Shown in pieces: positions 1 through 13,813 of a stretch of 64,000 nucleotides of DNA. Every line of letters starts with the position of its first letter. Positions within the stretch are counted from its first letter, which is position 1. The position numbers were made by a program, and so were the translations under genes. Location of the stretch: NCBI GenBank assembly GCA_002269645.1, contig NIVC01001228.1, positions 125,080 to 189,079 of the forward strand, written 5' to 3'. Source of the stretch: Macrostomum lignano (Eukaryota). The notes below the pieces were generated by a model. The model ran no database searches. It was not told the origin of the DNA and worked only from the letters and a program-made list of their open reading frames with translations.

Positions 1-590
1 ACTAGGAATTTCCCATGGTTGCTAGGGATTTCCTATGGTTGCTAGGGATTTCCTATGGTTGCTAGGGATTTCCTATAGATGCTAGGGATTTCCATTGTTG
101 CTAGGGATTTCCTATAGATGCTAGGGATTTTCCACTGTTGCTAGGGATTTCCTATAGATACTAGGAATTTCCCATGGTTGCTAGGGATTTCCTATGGTTG
201 CTAGGGATTTCCTATGGTTGCTAGGGATTTCCTATAGATGCTAGGGATTTCCATTGTTGCTAGGGATTTCCTATAGATACTAGGGATTTCCCATGGTTGC
301 TAGGGATTTCCTATGGTTGCTAGGGATTTCCTATGGTTGCTAGGGATTTCCTATGGTTGCTAGGGATTTCCTATAGATGCTAGGGATTTCCATTGTTGCT
401 AGGGATTTCCTATAGATACTAGGGATTTCCCATGGTTGCTAGGGATTTCCTATAGACGCTAGGGATTTTCCACGGTTGCTAGGAATTTCCTATAGATACT
501 AGAAAATTTCATTGTTGCTAGGGATTTCCTATGGTTGCTAGGGATTTCCTATAGTCGCTAGGGCTTTCCCATGGTTGCTAGGGATTTTCC
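1..590. repeat. 20-bp minisatellite GCTAGGGATTTCCTATGGTT
   Basis: Directly visible tandem array, truncated by the window start. Confidence 0.95.
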
Positions 591-803
591 ATAAAAAATT
601 GAGTTTTAATAGTTGCATAGATAACCTATTTACTCATATATTTATATACCTAAGATTTTGCATAGTTACTGGGGCTTCCCCTTATAATTATCTATTTTTG
701 CCATGCCCAACCATGATAAAATGCCATTTTGATGCGCTGTTACATAATGAAGAAGCGAGCTGGTCGTACAATATATGAATAATGTTACACGTAAGTCAAT
801 CCG

Positions 804-1063
804 TCAGACGAAGCTGACTGTGAAATACGAGGACTTCCCTTCACCTGACGATGACGGTTGCGAGGGACGCCGTTTTGAGTCGATCATCATTTTCTGCCCG
901 CTGTTGCCGCCACCGTCGCCAGGGTAACGGAAAGTCATGTAGGCATTTTGGACCTCAGCTGCTGCGGCTTGCTGATTGGCTGCCGGCAAGACTGTCTGAT
1001 AGGTGGGCTGCTGGAGTCGCCTCGAGTTGGCGCCGTCTGCGTAGTGACTCGGGCCTTTGAGCG
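804..1063 (-). CDS. Protocadherin last coding exon (...GEGKSSYFTVSFV*)
   Basis: Acceptor tattccAG|CG (phase 1); 260 nt to TGA. Hydrophobic C-terminus (TVSFV/SFV) resembles a PDZ-binding end. Confidence 0.7.
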
Positions 1064-1697
1064 CTGGAATACAGTAAATAAAATTGTTTGCATGGCTAAG
1101 GAAATACACTTGTATTAGTGCAGTACAGTCCAAGCGTACATGTATCTACGAGTATATAGTGGCAGGTGTCCAGAGGTAATTATATTGGCGGACCTCCAAG
1201 TCTCTTTGTTGAGTGTCCAAGGGGAATTACTGGAGATCGAATTTCAGAGGAAATTTTCGATGGGTCTTTAGGAGAATTTTTGTCGGTGTGCAGGAAAGTT
1301 ATTGAAGGTTTTTCAGGAGAATTACTGACGGGTGTCCAGGGGAATTACTGAAGTGTGTCCAAGGAGATTACTGAAGGGTGTCCACGGAAATTACTGAAGG
1401 GTGTCAAGGGGATTTACGGGGGCTGTCCAGGAAAACAGTCAATTACAGTACTGTTCATGCAATACAATGTCAAAGACAATGTACATGGGGGGCGTCAAGG
1501 CTTACAATCAAGTTGGGACAGATTTATCAATTGCTTTCCTAATTTTATTTACGAGTAAATTATACATAACATGTCGTTCCACATTCTTTAGAGTAAAAAA
1601 TCCTATTTCGCTGTAATCCTACTATAAGTAAGCGATTAAAAATCTGAGCATAAAAATATAAACAAAATTAAAATAAAATGACAAGGCAAACTCTTAC

Positions 1698-1794
1698 GCA
1701 TTCTACAGTCGTCAGCCAGTTCGAACAGCGAGTCCTGACCGCGGCTTTGCACCGGCTGCTCCGCACCCAGTGTGGCACAGTTGCCATAGCGACC
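1698..1794 (-). CDS. Protocadherin penultimate exon (GRYGNCATLGAEQPVQSRGQDSLFELADDCRM)
   Basis: Strong acceptor ccctcccctcacAG| and donor GC|GTAAGA. 97 nt, phase 0 to 1, matching the last exon. Not present in the ORF track in this frame. Confidence 0.7.
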
Positions 1795-2149
1795 CTGTGA
1801 GGGGAGGGTGTTACATATATAGTTTTGAGCTTGCGTTTCGGTAAGCTTTCTGTCAATTATTTATGAAGAATTTTATTAGTTTAAAAGATACTGTGTAGAA
1901 CATTTACACAGTTGATCAACATGCAAATTTTTAGCTCGTAGTTTAATCGCTGAAGTGGGAATTTTTCGGACCCCCCTAGCTCGAGTGAATAAATGCATTA
2001 AATTATGAGCCTAATTCAACAACTTTTTCATCTTGCAGTTTGCCAGCATTCAAGTGTATCGTCCACAATTGTTATTGCGTTGAATTCTGCATGACTGTGC
2101 ACTAAATACACCGCTTCTGGCTAAAATTCTTGAAAGAAGAAATTCTAGA

Positions 2150-3640
2150 CAGACAGGGAGATAGACGAGAGGGAGATAAATGAGAGGAGATAGATGATGT
2201 AGAGATAGATGAGAGAGAGATAGATGAGAGGGAGATAGGAGAGGGAGATAGATGAGAGGGAGATAGATGAGAGAGAGATAGATGAGAGAGAGATAGGAGA
2301 GGGAGATAGATGAGAGGGAGATAGATGAGAGGGAGATAGGAGAGGGAGATAGATGAGAGGGAGATAGATGAGAGAGAGATAGATGAGAGAGAGAGATAGG
2401 AGAGAGAGATAGATGAGAGGGAGATAGATGAGAGAGAGATAGATGAGAGAGAGATAGGTGAGAGGGAGATAGATGAGAGGGAGATAGATGAGAGGGAGAT
2501 AGATGAGAGAGAGATAGATAAGAGGGAGATAGATGAGAGAGAGATAGATGAGAGGGAGATACTCGATAGATGAGAGGAGATAGATGAGAGGGAGATAGAT
2601 GAGAGAGAGATAGGAGAGGGAGATAGATGAGAGGGAGATAGATGAGAGAGAGAGAGATGAGAGGGAGATACTCGATAGATGAGAGGAGATAGATGAGAGG
2701 AGATAGATGAGAGAGAGATAGGAGAGGGAGATAGATGAGAGGGAGATAGATGAGAGGGAGATAGGAGAGGGAGATAGATGAGAGGGAGATAGATGAGAGA
2801 GAGATAGATGAGAGAGAGATAGGAGAGGGAGATAGATGAGAGGGAGATAGATGAGAGAGAGATAGATGAGAGAGAGATAGGTGAGAGGGAGATAGATGAG
2901 AGGGAGATAGATGAGAGGGAGATAGATGAGAGAGAGATAGATAAGAGGGAGATAGATGAGAGAGATAGATGAGAGGGAGATACTCGATAGATGAGAGGAG
3001 ATAGATGAGAGGGAGATAGATGAGAGAGAGATAGGAGAGGGAGATAGATGAGAGGGAGATAGATGAGAGAGAGATAGATGAGAGGGAGATACTCGATAGA
3101 TGAGAGGAGATAGATGAGAGGAGATAGATGAGAGAGAGATAGGAGAGGGAGATAGATGAGAGGGAGATAGATGAGAGAGAGATAGATGAGAGGGAGATAG
3201 ATGAGAGAGAGATAGATAAGAGGGAAATAGATGAGAGAGAGATAGATGAGAGGGAGATAGATGAGAGAGAGATAGATGAGAGGGAGATAGATGATAGAGA
3301 GATAGAAGAGGGAAATAGATGAGAGGGAGATAGATGAGAGGGAGATAGATGAGAGATAGATGAGAGAGAGATAGATAAGAGGGAGATAGATGAGAGAGAG
3401 ATAGATGAGAGGGAGATACTCGATAGATGAGAGGAGATAGATGAGAGGGAGATAGATGAGAGAGAGATAGGAGAGGGAGATAGATGAGAGGGAGATAGAT
3501 GAGAGGGAGATAGATGAGAGAGAGATAGATGAGAGGGAGATACTCGATAGATGAGAGGAGATAGATGAGAGGGAGATAGATGAGAGAGAGATAGATGAGA
3601 GGGAGATGGGAGTGATGGAGAGGAGATAGATGAGAGGGAG
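2150..3640. repeat. Purine-rich ~15-bp satellite (GAGAGGGAGATAGAT)n
   Basis: Visible array inside a protocadherin intron. Confidence 0.95.
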
Positions 3641-4104
3641 ATAAATGTGATCCAGGCAGATCTACAAGAACCCTCCTACTAAACCGTTACTTTGCCCTTT
3701 CAATTGCTGTGCATGGAACAGCTACACAACAAAGAGCCAACCCCAAGACAGATGAGACGCTTGACTGCACAAAGCAAGCTATGGCAACTCCTTTCTACGT
3801 GTTATAACGTGTTCGGCAGTTGGCAGCCGAAGGCCTGTCAGGATGGCCAAGCCAATATTCCTTAATAGACCCGCCTCAGAATTGATTGTCAACAGATGAC
3901 GCACTTAGTTCTCTTCGGTTGGTTGCTAAGGCCTGTTCTGTCTGCCTGGTGGTATGTAGGCGGCAACTGGGCGGCGGTGCTGTTCCAACTACAGGCGTTT
4001 TTTTTCTTGCTCGGCAAAATACCAAAGTTGTAAAACCAAGTGAACAGGCCTTGGCTTGCCCGACTGTCTGTCTGTCTTTGTCTGCAGAATGCGTTCTGCA
4101 TCAC

Positions 4105-4170
4105 CTGTTCAGCGATGGCTCCTGTGTAGCTTCTGCCTTCTGGCTTTGCCTCGGCAAACATTTTCGGAGT
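4105..4170 (-). CDS. Possible small protocadherin cytoplasmic exon (TPKMFAEAKPEGRSYTGAIAEQ)
   Basis: Weak acceptor cttaAG, donor CAG|GTGATG; 66 nt, phase 0/0 fits the neighbouring exons. Alternative exon choices exist nearby. Confidence 0.3.
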
Positions 4171-4249
4171 CTTAAGTATGAAAGCTTTGGCACTTTACTC
4201 ATTTCCTGGTTCACACTAGTCTTCTCCCACTGACACCTGCAGAGGTCTC

Positions 4250-5080
4250 TTCCCTGACAACCTGCTGTCTTCCCCTGACAACCTGCTGTCTTCCCCTGAC
4301 ACCCTGCTGTCTTCCCCTGACACCCTACTGTCTTCCCCTGACACCCTGCTGTCTTCCCCCTACACCCTGCTATCTTCCCCCTACACCCTGCTGTCTTCCC
4401 CTGACACCCTGCTGTCTTCCCCTGACACCCTGCTGTCTTCCCCTGACACCCTGCTGTCTTCCCCTGACACCCTACTGTCTTCCCCTGACACCCTATTGTC
4501 TTCCCCTGACACCCTGCTGTCTTCCCCTGACACACTACTGTCTTCCCCTGACACCCTATTGTCTTCCCCTGACACCCTGCTGTCTTCCCCTGACACCCTA
4601 CTGTCTTCCCCTGACACCGTGCTGTCTTCCCCTGACACCCTATTGTCTTCCCCTGACACCCTACTGTCTTCCCCTGACACACTACTGTCTTCCCCTGACA
4701 CCCTATTGTCTTCCCCTGACACCCTGCTGTCTTCCCCTGACACCCTACTGTCTTCCCCTGACACCGTGCTGTCTTCCCCTGACACCCTGCTGTCTTCCCC
4801 TGACACACTACTGTCTTCCCCTGACACCCTGCTGTCTTCCCCTGACACCCTACTGTCTTCCCCTGACACCCTATTGTCTTCCCCTGACACCCTACTGTCT
4901 TCCCCTGACACCCTATTGTCTTCCCCTGACACCCTATTGTCTTCCCCTGACACCCTACTGTCTTCCCCTGACACCCTATTGTCTTCCCCTGACACCCTAT
5001 TGTCTTCCCCTGACACCCTGCTGTCTTCCCCTGACACACTACTGTCTTCCCCCAACACCCTGCTGTCTTCCCCTGACAGC
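4250..5080. repeat. 21-bp minisatellite CCCTGACACCCTGCTGTCTTC
   Basis: Visible array; explains ORFs 4101-5039, 4381-5397 and 4496-5443. Confidence 0.95.
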
Positions 5081-5175
5081 CTGCTGCCTCTCAACGCTGG
5101 TTGTGTTGACGATGTCCCCGAAGCCGTGGCGCCAGGGGTGCCCGCAGTGTCCCACCGGGTCCCACAGTTCCTCAC

Positions 5176-5432
5176 CCCGACGCCTCCAACAGCTGCCGCT
5201 TTGCCATCGAGTCGAACAGTAGTCTGCAGGCCGGAGCTCGGCGAGATAAACTGCCGCTGCACGCCAGTCTCTGCGCTGCATTTCTCCTCTTCATCGATTG
5301 TCACGGAGTCGTCAGTGAAGGAGTCGCGTCTCTGTTGCTGTGGGCGCTGGACTGAGTGCAGCTGCGGGCCCGTCGTGGCCTTCGGCATCAGAAACATTCG
5401 GCCACCTGTTGAGTCAGGAATGAGGCGAAAAT
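5176..5432 (-). CDS. Protocadherin cytoplasmic exon 4 (3' boundary uncertain)
   Basis: Acceptor gccAG|AT (phase 1) joins exon 3 as K-D-FRLIPDSTGGRMFLMPK. GC-rich open frame. Best donor is GGG|GTGAGG at 5175, but the frame stays open into the 21-bp repeat. Confidence 0.65.
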
Positions 5433-5444
5433 CTGGCGTTTAAT

Positions 5445-6100
5445 TCTATTATATTATATTCTATTCTATTCTATTCTATTCTATTCCATTCTATTCTGTT
5501 CTATTCTGTTCTATTCTATTCTATTCTATTCTATTCTATTCTATTCTATTCTATTCTATTCTATTCTATTCTATTCTATTCTATTCTATTCTATTCCATT
5601 CCATTCCATTCCATTCCAGTCTATTCTATTCTATTTTATTCTATTCTATTCTATTCCATTCTATTCTATTCTATTATATTCCATTCCATTCCATTCCAGT
5701 CTATTCTATTCTATTTTATTCTATTCTATTCTATTCTATTCCATTCTATTATATTCTATTCTATTCTATTCCATTCTATTCTATTCTATTATATTCCATT
5801 CCATTCCATTCCAGTCTATTCTATTCTATTTTATTCTATTCTATTCTATTCCATTCTATTCTATTCTATTATATTCCATTCCATTCCATTCCAGTCTATT
5901 CTATTCTATTTTATTCTATTCTATTCTATTCTATTCCATTCTATTATATTCTATTCTATTCTATTCCATTCTATTCTATTCTATTCTATTCTATTCTATT
6001 CTATTCTATTCTATTCTATTCTATTCTATTCTATTCTATTCTATTCTATTCTGTTCTATTTTATTCTATTCTATTCTGTTCTATTCTGTTCTGTTCTATT
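5445..6100. repeat. (CTATT)n microsatellite
   Basis: Visible; begins just upstream (in transcript sense) of the exon 4 acceptor. Confidence 0.95.
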
Positions 6101-6504
6101 CATTCAGACCTATCACCGGCTTTGCACATATAGCATGCCAACTTAGCATAACACAACTTTGACTGCAAGACGCAATCAAAAGTAAATCTTGCTTTTTTCA
6201 CGGAAATGTTGCCAGTTTTTGCAAATGCGCAGCTCCCTGAGCCACATCGAGAGGGTTGTATTTCAACCGGGGTAACATTTTGCTACATTGGCATCATTAA
6301 CTGCAGCGTCATCATGTTCTGACGAAGACCTCCACTGTAAAAGTTATCAACTTTTCCTGTACCAAAACTTCTTTCCAGCTTCGGGGGCTTCTCTTTGTGA
6401 CGGCAAAGTTTTGCTTTAATGACTGACTCTCGGTACAGAATTAGAATAAATTCGAACCATTGGATAGACTGTGAAACTGTACTCTGCTTTTCCACATCGC
6501 TTTC

Positions 6505-6715
6505 TGTCGTCTGCTGTCTGCTGTCTGCTGTCTGCTGTCTGCTGTCTGCTGTCTGCTGTCTGCTGTCTGCTGTCTGCTGTCTGCTGTCTGCTGTCTGCTG
6601 TCTACTGTCTGCTGTCTGCTGTCTGCTGTCTGCTGTCTGCTGTCTGCTGTCTACTGTCTGCTGTCTGCTGTCTACTGTCTGCTCTCTGTTGTCTACTGTC
6701 TGCTGCCTGCTGTAT
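6505..6715. repeat. (CTGCTGT)n heptamer repeat
   Basis: Visible array. Confidence 0.95.
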
Positions 6716-7179
6716 TAGAAGTCACTCATTGCTTGACACAGGGGGAAAATCTCCAGGGAATCCAATGCAGATGGGGTGGTGGTGCTAATCTCAACCACCG
6801 TCTCAAATTTCTAATCTAAAATCAATGTCGCTCTTTAATCGCGGCTCTAAAAATCTAGGAAGAGGTGGGCGATGAAGAGGAAGCTGGGTGAAAAACCAAC
6901 AGCCTGCTGGTGATGAGGGTATCAAACGCTTCACAATATGAGTCACGAACATACTTAGATTGTCAATATACAATATATGAGGCTAAGTCTCTTAGGGATT
7001 CAAATCGTGATCGTGATTAGCTCGCACCATTCAGACTAGCGACTCAATTCTAGCCATCTTAAGTGACTGCTGAGTCGCTTGTTGCTGAATTGCAATTGCT
7101 GTTGAAGAGATTCTTTTTCCTTTGAATTTCACCACTCTCAAATATGCGGCTTTTATCGCATGCTTCATTTGTAGGGCTT

Positions 7180-8240
7180 GCTCTATCTCTCCCCAATATC
7201 TTTCCCCCCTAATCTCTCTCTTCCTTATCTCTCTCTCCCTTATCTCTCTCCCTTATCTCTCCCCCCTATCTCTCTTCCTTATCTCTCTCCCTTATCTCTC
7301 TCCCTTACCTCTCTCCCTTATCTCTTTCCCTTATCTCTCTCCCTTATCTCTCTCCCTTATCTCTCTCCCTTATCTCTCTCCCTTATCTCTCTCCCTTATC
7401 TCTCTCTTCCTTATCTCTCTCTCCCTTATCTCTCTCCCTTATCTCTCCCCCCTATCTCTCTTCCTTATCTCTCCCCAATATCTTTCCCCCCTTATCTCTC
7501 TCTTCCTTATCTCTCTCTCCCTTATCTCTCTCCCTTATCTCTCCCCCATATCTCTCTTCCTTATCTCTCTCCCTTATCTCTCCCCCCTATCTCTCTTCCT
7601 TATCTCTCTCCCTTATCTCTCTCCCTTATCTCTCTCCCTTATCTCTCTCTTCCTTATCTCTCTCTCCCTTATCTCTCTCCCTTATCTCTCCCCCCTATCT
7701 CTCTTCCTTATCTCTCTCTCCCTTATCTCTCTTATCTCTCTCCCTTACCTCTCTCCCTTATCTCTTTCCCTTATCTCTCCCTTATCTCTCTCCCTTATCT
7801 CTCTCCCTTATCTCTCTCTTCCTTATCTCTCTCTCCCTTATCTCTCTCCCTTATCTCTCCCCCCTATCTCTCTTCCTTATCTCTCTCCCTTATCTCTCTC
7901 CCTTACCTCTCTCCCTTATCTCTTTCCCTTATCTCTCCCTTATCTCTCTCCCTTATCTCTCTCCCTTACCTCTCTCCCTTATCTCTTTCCCTTATCTCTC
8001 TCTCCCTTATCTCTCTCCCTTATCTCTCCCCCTATCTCTCTCCCCTATCTCTCCCTTACCTCTCTCCCTTATCTCTCCCTTATCTCTCTCCCCTATCTCC
8101 CCCCTTATATCTCTCCCTTACATGTATCTCCCTCTTTCTGATCTCTCTCCCTTATCTCTCTCTCTCTCTCCCACTCTCTCTCTCTCTCCCACTCTCTCTC
8201 TCTCTCTCTCTCTTTTCCTTTATCTCTGTTTTCCTTATCT
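7180..8240. repeat. Pyrimidine-rich (CCTTATCTCTCTC)n satellite
   Basis: Visible array. Confidence 0.95.
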
Positions 8241-9904
8241 CTCTGCTTTTGTCTTTCCAGTTTGTCTATATTTTTCCTTCTCCCACTGGGGGCCCCTTTA
8301 TCTCTCTCCCCGTACCTTTCTTGTATTCTTTATTCTCATAATCTGTCCACATTAACACCTTTCGTTTTACGAGTATCCAATCCCCTGCCTTAAATCTGCA
8401 GCTGTCCCACTTTTTTTTTCCAATTCTTCCCTTTTATCTCTACAATTTTTATTGGCGGCCTTACCCGCGGGAGACAGCGGTGGATGAGACAGATGAATTC
8501 AAGCTACTGATGTTTTTCCTTGTCCTTCAGAAATATCAGACAAAAGCTCTGCTTCTTCAGGAAGGGAAAGGGACGGCTCGATACATTTGTGACTAGCAGG
8601 GGAAGAGGCAAAAAGAAGTGGGGGAAAGCCAATATTTTAACTGCCGGTGAATGAATCTACACAGCTAGGGGAAGGTGAAAAAATCCCCCTAGGTGTCAAT
8701 ACATTTCTATTGTTCCCCAACGCTTTTACAAGCAAACGCGTTTCTGTTTCCTACAAAACTGGCTTTTCGACTGTTCAAATAATGAGGCTTCTTCAATAGA
8801 CGGAGAATTGCTTCTTTTAGAAGCACGCGCAACACGAGCGGGTAATTAAAGTATATAGATTTTTTTCGGAACGCACCGAAAGATCCATCAATGTTTTCCA
8901 AGCTCTCCTCTCCTGTCTGTCTGCTCTGCCCGGTTTTTTAATCATCATCAGCTAAGACAAATAGCTGGTACCGCAGTTCCAGACTCTCCAGATTTCTGCT
9001 AAAACGTTTAGTTGCCAAGGCCAATGGGGGTTTTGGGGCGTTGAATGTTTTGACAGGAATGCTTTACGCTATGGCTGACTCCCTTCATTGGCCAGTAGAC
9101 TAAGAAGCGGCATAAATCTTCGATTTATAATTAGCTGACAAAACAGTCAAAGCGGACCAGTTGGTACTGAATTATTGAAGCTACAGCTATCTGACAGTGG
9201 GGAGCTACTAACTTAGCCAGAAGGGTAGATATATCTCAGCCATTTCCCAGGGGAAATTTTTCCCCCTACACTATACTCTACCTAGTTAACTCAATCTCAA
9301 TCAAGACGGTGAAATTGTTAACTGTAACAGACACTGCTATTCAATTGGCAATTATCTATATGCCTCTGTGTCTATCTACTTATATACACATATATATTCT
9401 CCCATAGGATTAGCGCAAGTCTTCAGTGTCTGATTTGATTTGGCTCCCCGCGCGATATCCGTGTTAATTTTAACAGGATTGGGCCGGACTGAAAGTTGCT
9501 GTACAGAATGAGTGCACTGGGCCGCAGTGCAAGTCCTCCCTATAAGCGTGGATTAAGTCTGAGAGCTGCTTCGGACTGTCCGATGAAAGATATCAGTTGT
9601 GCTGGGCAAACTAATTAGGCCCGTTTCCTTCATCTGAGCTCAATCCGCCAGTCAGGCGAGTCTCTGTGTGAGGGTTGAGGGGTCAGTTAGAGTCGCAGGC
9701 CATGCAGCATTAGAGGGGTGAGAGAGAGTGACACAGGACCAGCGAGAGAGGAATATAAAGAGAGGGATGGGCATTTAATCTGCCAATTTCCTGTCTTAAT
9801 CCGACTTGCGACTTGGGCTAAAACCCCTCACCCTATCCTGGCTTATAGCCCGCGGTTCTGGCTCTCAGCCACTCTCTGATGAGCCAAGTGCGCTGCAGAT
9901 TGCT

Positions 9905-11522
<1,618 letters not shown>

Positions 11523-11956
11523 CTTTCATGTAGGTTCCAGTGCCGCCGTATGCGGACGGTCCAGCAGCTTCCGAGGCCGCCGCCCTAGCCGCCGCGGCCG
11601 CACTGGCATCCTTCCTGAGCCTCTTGCGCAGCAGCACCACGGACAGAATAAGCACAGCAGCCAGGATCACGGATGCCACCACCAGAGCGGCAATCACGAT
11701 GCCCTCGGTGTTGGAGCTTCTCAGCGACAGGTTGCCCCTGAACCCGCCGCCTCCCTTCGGCATCCCCGAGTCATCGATAGAGTGTCCGTCACCCGGCCTC
11801 GAAGGCGGCTTACGCTGGGACGAGCCGCCAGGTGCGCGGTCTTCGGGACGGGAGCCTCCGGGCTGCCTGCCGCCGCCTTCGAAAGTCACCACGATTGACT
11901 TTCGGCTGACCTCGCGCGGGTGACTCGGCTCAAATACTTCCAGGTTGAGCTTGTAT
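11523..11956 (-). CDS. Protocadherin coding exon 3 (end of EC7, transmembrane helix, juxtamembrane)
   Basis: Acceptor cccAG|A (phase 2). TM segment GIVIAALVVASVILAAVLILSVVLL is followed by RKRLRK. Donor AAAG|GTTAGT (phase 1); 434 nt is phase-consistent. Confidence 0.9.
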
Positions 11957-11994
11957 CTGGGGTTTAGGTTTTTATGGCGCATGAACAGGTTCAG

Positions 11995-12125
11995 TTGGAT
12001 AAAGACTCTCTAGGAGGGTTCTGTTGGATAAAGACTCTTTAGGAGGGTTCTGTTGGATAAAGACTCTCTAGGAGGGTTCTGTTGGATAAAGACTCTTTAG
12101 CAGGCTCGGTTGGATAAAGACTCTT
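11995..12125. repeat. ~29-bp repeat GTTGGATAAAGACTCT... (about 5 copies)
   Basis: Visible in protocadherin intron 2. Confidence 0.85.
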
Positions 12126-12277
12126 ATATATACGGTTTTAGCTAATCTACTATGGATAAAGACTTTAGGTTCTTTAGATATAAACAATGATTATAGATTC
12201 ATGGAACGATGGAACGGATATTTAATAGAAAAGTCGGAGGCACATGCACATACACGGGTAAGAGCTAGTCTACTCAC

Positions 12278-13284
12278 CTAGCAAAATGGCATAATTTAGG
12301 AGCAGACTTCACAAAAATCTGTCCAGTATTTTTGTCCACAGCAAAACTGTGCCACTGTTGCTGCTGTTGCTGTCTGCCCTGCCGCCCCTGCACCACCTGC
12401 AGAGACAGGGTTGCCACCCCAGCTAGTCGGTAACTGCGCTGTTTGAAAGCTTCGCTAACATCCTCGTCGACAGCTTCCAGCTCCTTGTTAGCAATCGGCA
12501 GGATGTGATTCTCAACCGATTCGTCGCAAGTCACATTGACAGCCACCGGAGCGGCGGACCGGAACTTCGGCCGGTTGTCGTTGCAGTCCAGCACGCGGAT
12601 CACCACGCTGGCTGTGCTGCTGAGCTTAGGCGAGCCGAGATCTGTGGCCAGAATGTCCAAGTTGTGCTGAGACAAACCAGACGGTCCTTCCAGGTCAAGT
12701 CGGCCACGGAGAGAGATCTCTCCGGAGTTGGAGTCAACTCGAAACAGGCGCTGCAATTCCTGCAGCTGCTGCCGCTGTTGCTGGCTGTGAAAGTACAGGG
12801 AGGAGAGCTGAGGCGGCGGAGCTAGGGAGTACAGTACCCGACCGTTCTCGCCCAGATCCCTGTCGGTAGCGAATACTGCCCCGATCGCACTACCAACGCT
12901 AGCGTTTTCGAATACTTCGAAGATTAACGGGCCAGTATGATTGAACTCAGGTGAGCAGTCGTTCACGTCTAGAATTCTTGCCGAGACTTCAACGGTGGCT
13001 CGGTGATGCTTTGGTGGTTCCACTGTTGTAGAGGGAGCATCGCTGTTGCTATGCATGGATGGGCTGTCGATCCAGTCGATTACCGTGATATTGAAGCGAT
13101 AGAAGTCGCGAGTTTCCCTGTCAAAATCTTTCGTAGTGGTCAAAGAGTAATGAAAACTACCAGAGTCGCTAGGGAAGCCTCCTTGATTCACCACCCGGAA
13201 ATGCTCGGCGCCGTCCCCTGTCAGTACGAATTCGCGTTGCTTTGAAGAGCCGAATCTGTCCAAGTCTGGGTCGATTATTTTGAG
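12278..13284 (-). CDS. Protocadherin coding exon 2 (EC5-EC7)
   Basis: Acceptor ttcccgcAG|CTC (phase 0) gives VYK|LKIIDPD. Contains DRET, ILDVNDCSPEF, DRDLG and VLDCNDNRP. Donor GCTAG|GTGAGT (phase 2); 1007 nt is phase-consistent. Confidence 0.92.
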
Positions 13285-13309
13285 CTGCGGGAAGGCGTTT
13301 TGGATGATG

Positions 13310-13770
13310 GCCAGTGTGTACACTAATGGGGTGGTGGGTGCTAGTTGGGGCTATAGTTTATGGTCAGTGTGTAGATTGTTGGGGTGGGGGTGCTAGTTGG
13401 GGCTATAGTTTATGGTCAGTGTGTAGAATGTTGGGGTGGTGGGTGCTAGTTGGGGCTATAGTTTATGGTCAGTGTGTAGATTGTTGGGGTGGGGGTGCTA
13501 GTTGGGGCTATAGTTTATGGTCAGTGTGTAGAATGTTGGGGTGGTGGGTGCTAGTTGGGGCTATAGTTTATGGTCAGTGTGTAGATTGTTGGGGTGGGGG
13601 TGCTAGTTGGGGCTATAGTTTATGGTCAGTGTGTACACTTATGGGGTGGTGGGTGCTAGTTGGGGCTATAGTTTATGGTCAGTGTGTAGATTGTTGGGGT
13701 GGTGGGTGCTAGTTGGGGCTATAGTTTATGGCCAGTGTGTACACTGATGGGGTGGTAGGTGCTAGTTGAG
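13310..13770. repeat. 52/53-bp minisatellite filling protocadherin intron 1
   Basis: Unit GTGCTAGTTGGGGCTATAGTTTATGGTCAGTGTGTAGATTGTTGGGGTGG... Confidence 0.93.
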
Positions 13771-13813
13771 GCTGGTTCATGTAGTTGCGGCGAGACACAA
13801 ACCAGCAACTTAC

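Noticed and set aside
3870-4090. Alternative protocadherin exon (GTAPPPSCRLHTTRQTEQ..., donor AA|GTGCGT)
   Set aside because: It needs a phase-1 upstream donor that I could not find in exon 4 and ends in phase 1, which conflicts with the phase-0 exon at 1794. Not excluded as an alternative isoform.
7122-8341. Two Leu/Ser/Pro-rich ORFs of 339 and 387 aa
   Set aside because: Low-complexity CT-rich satellite inside protocadherin intron 3.
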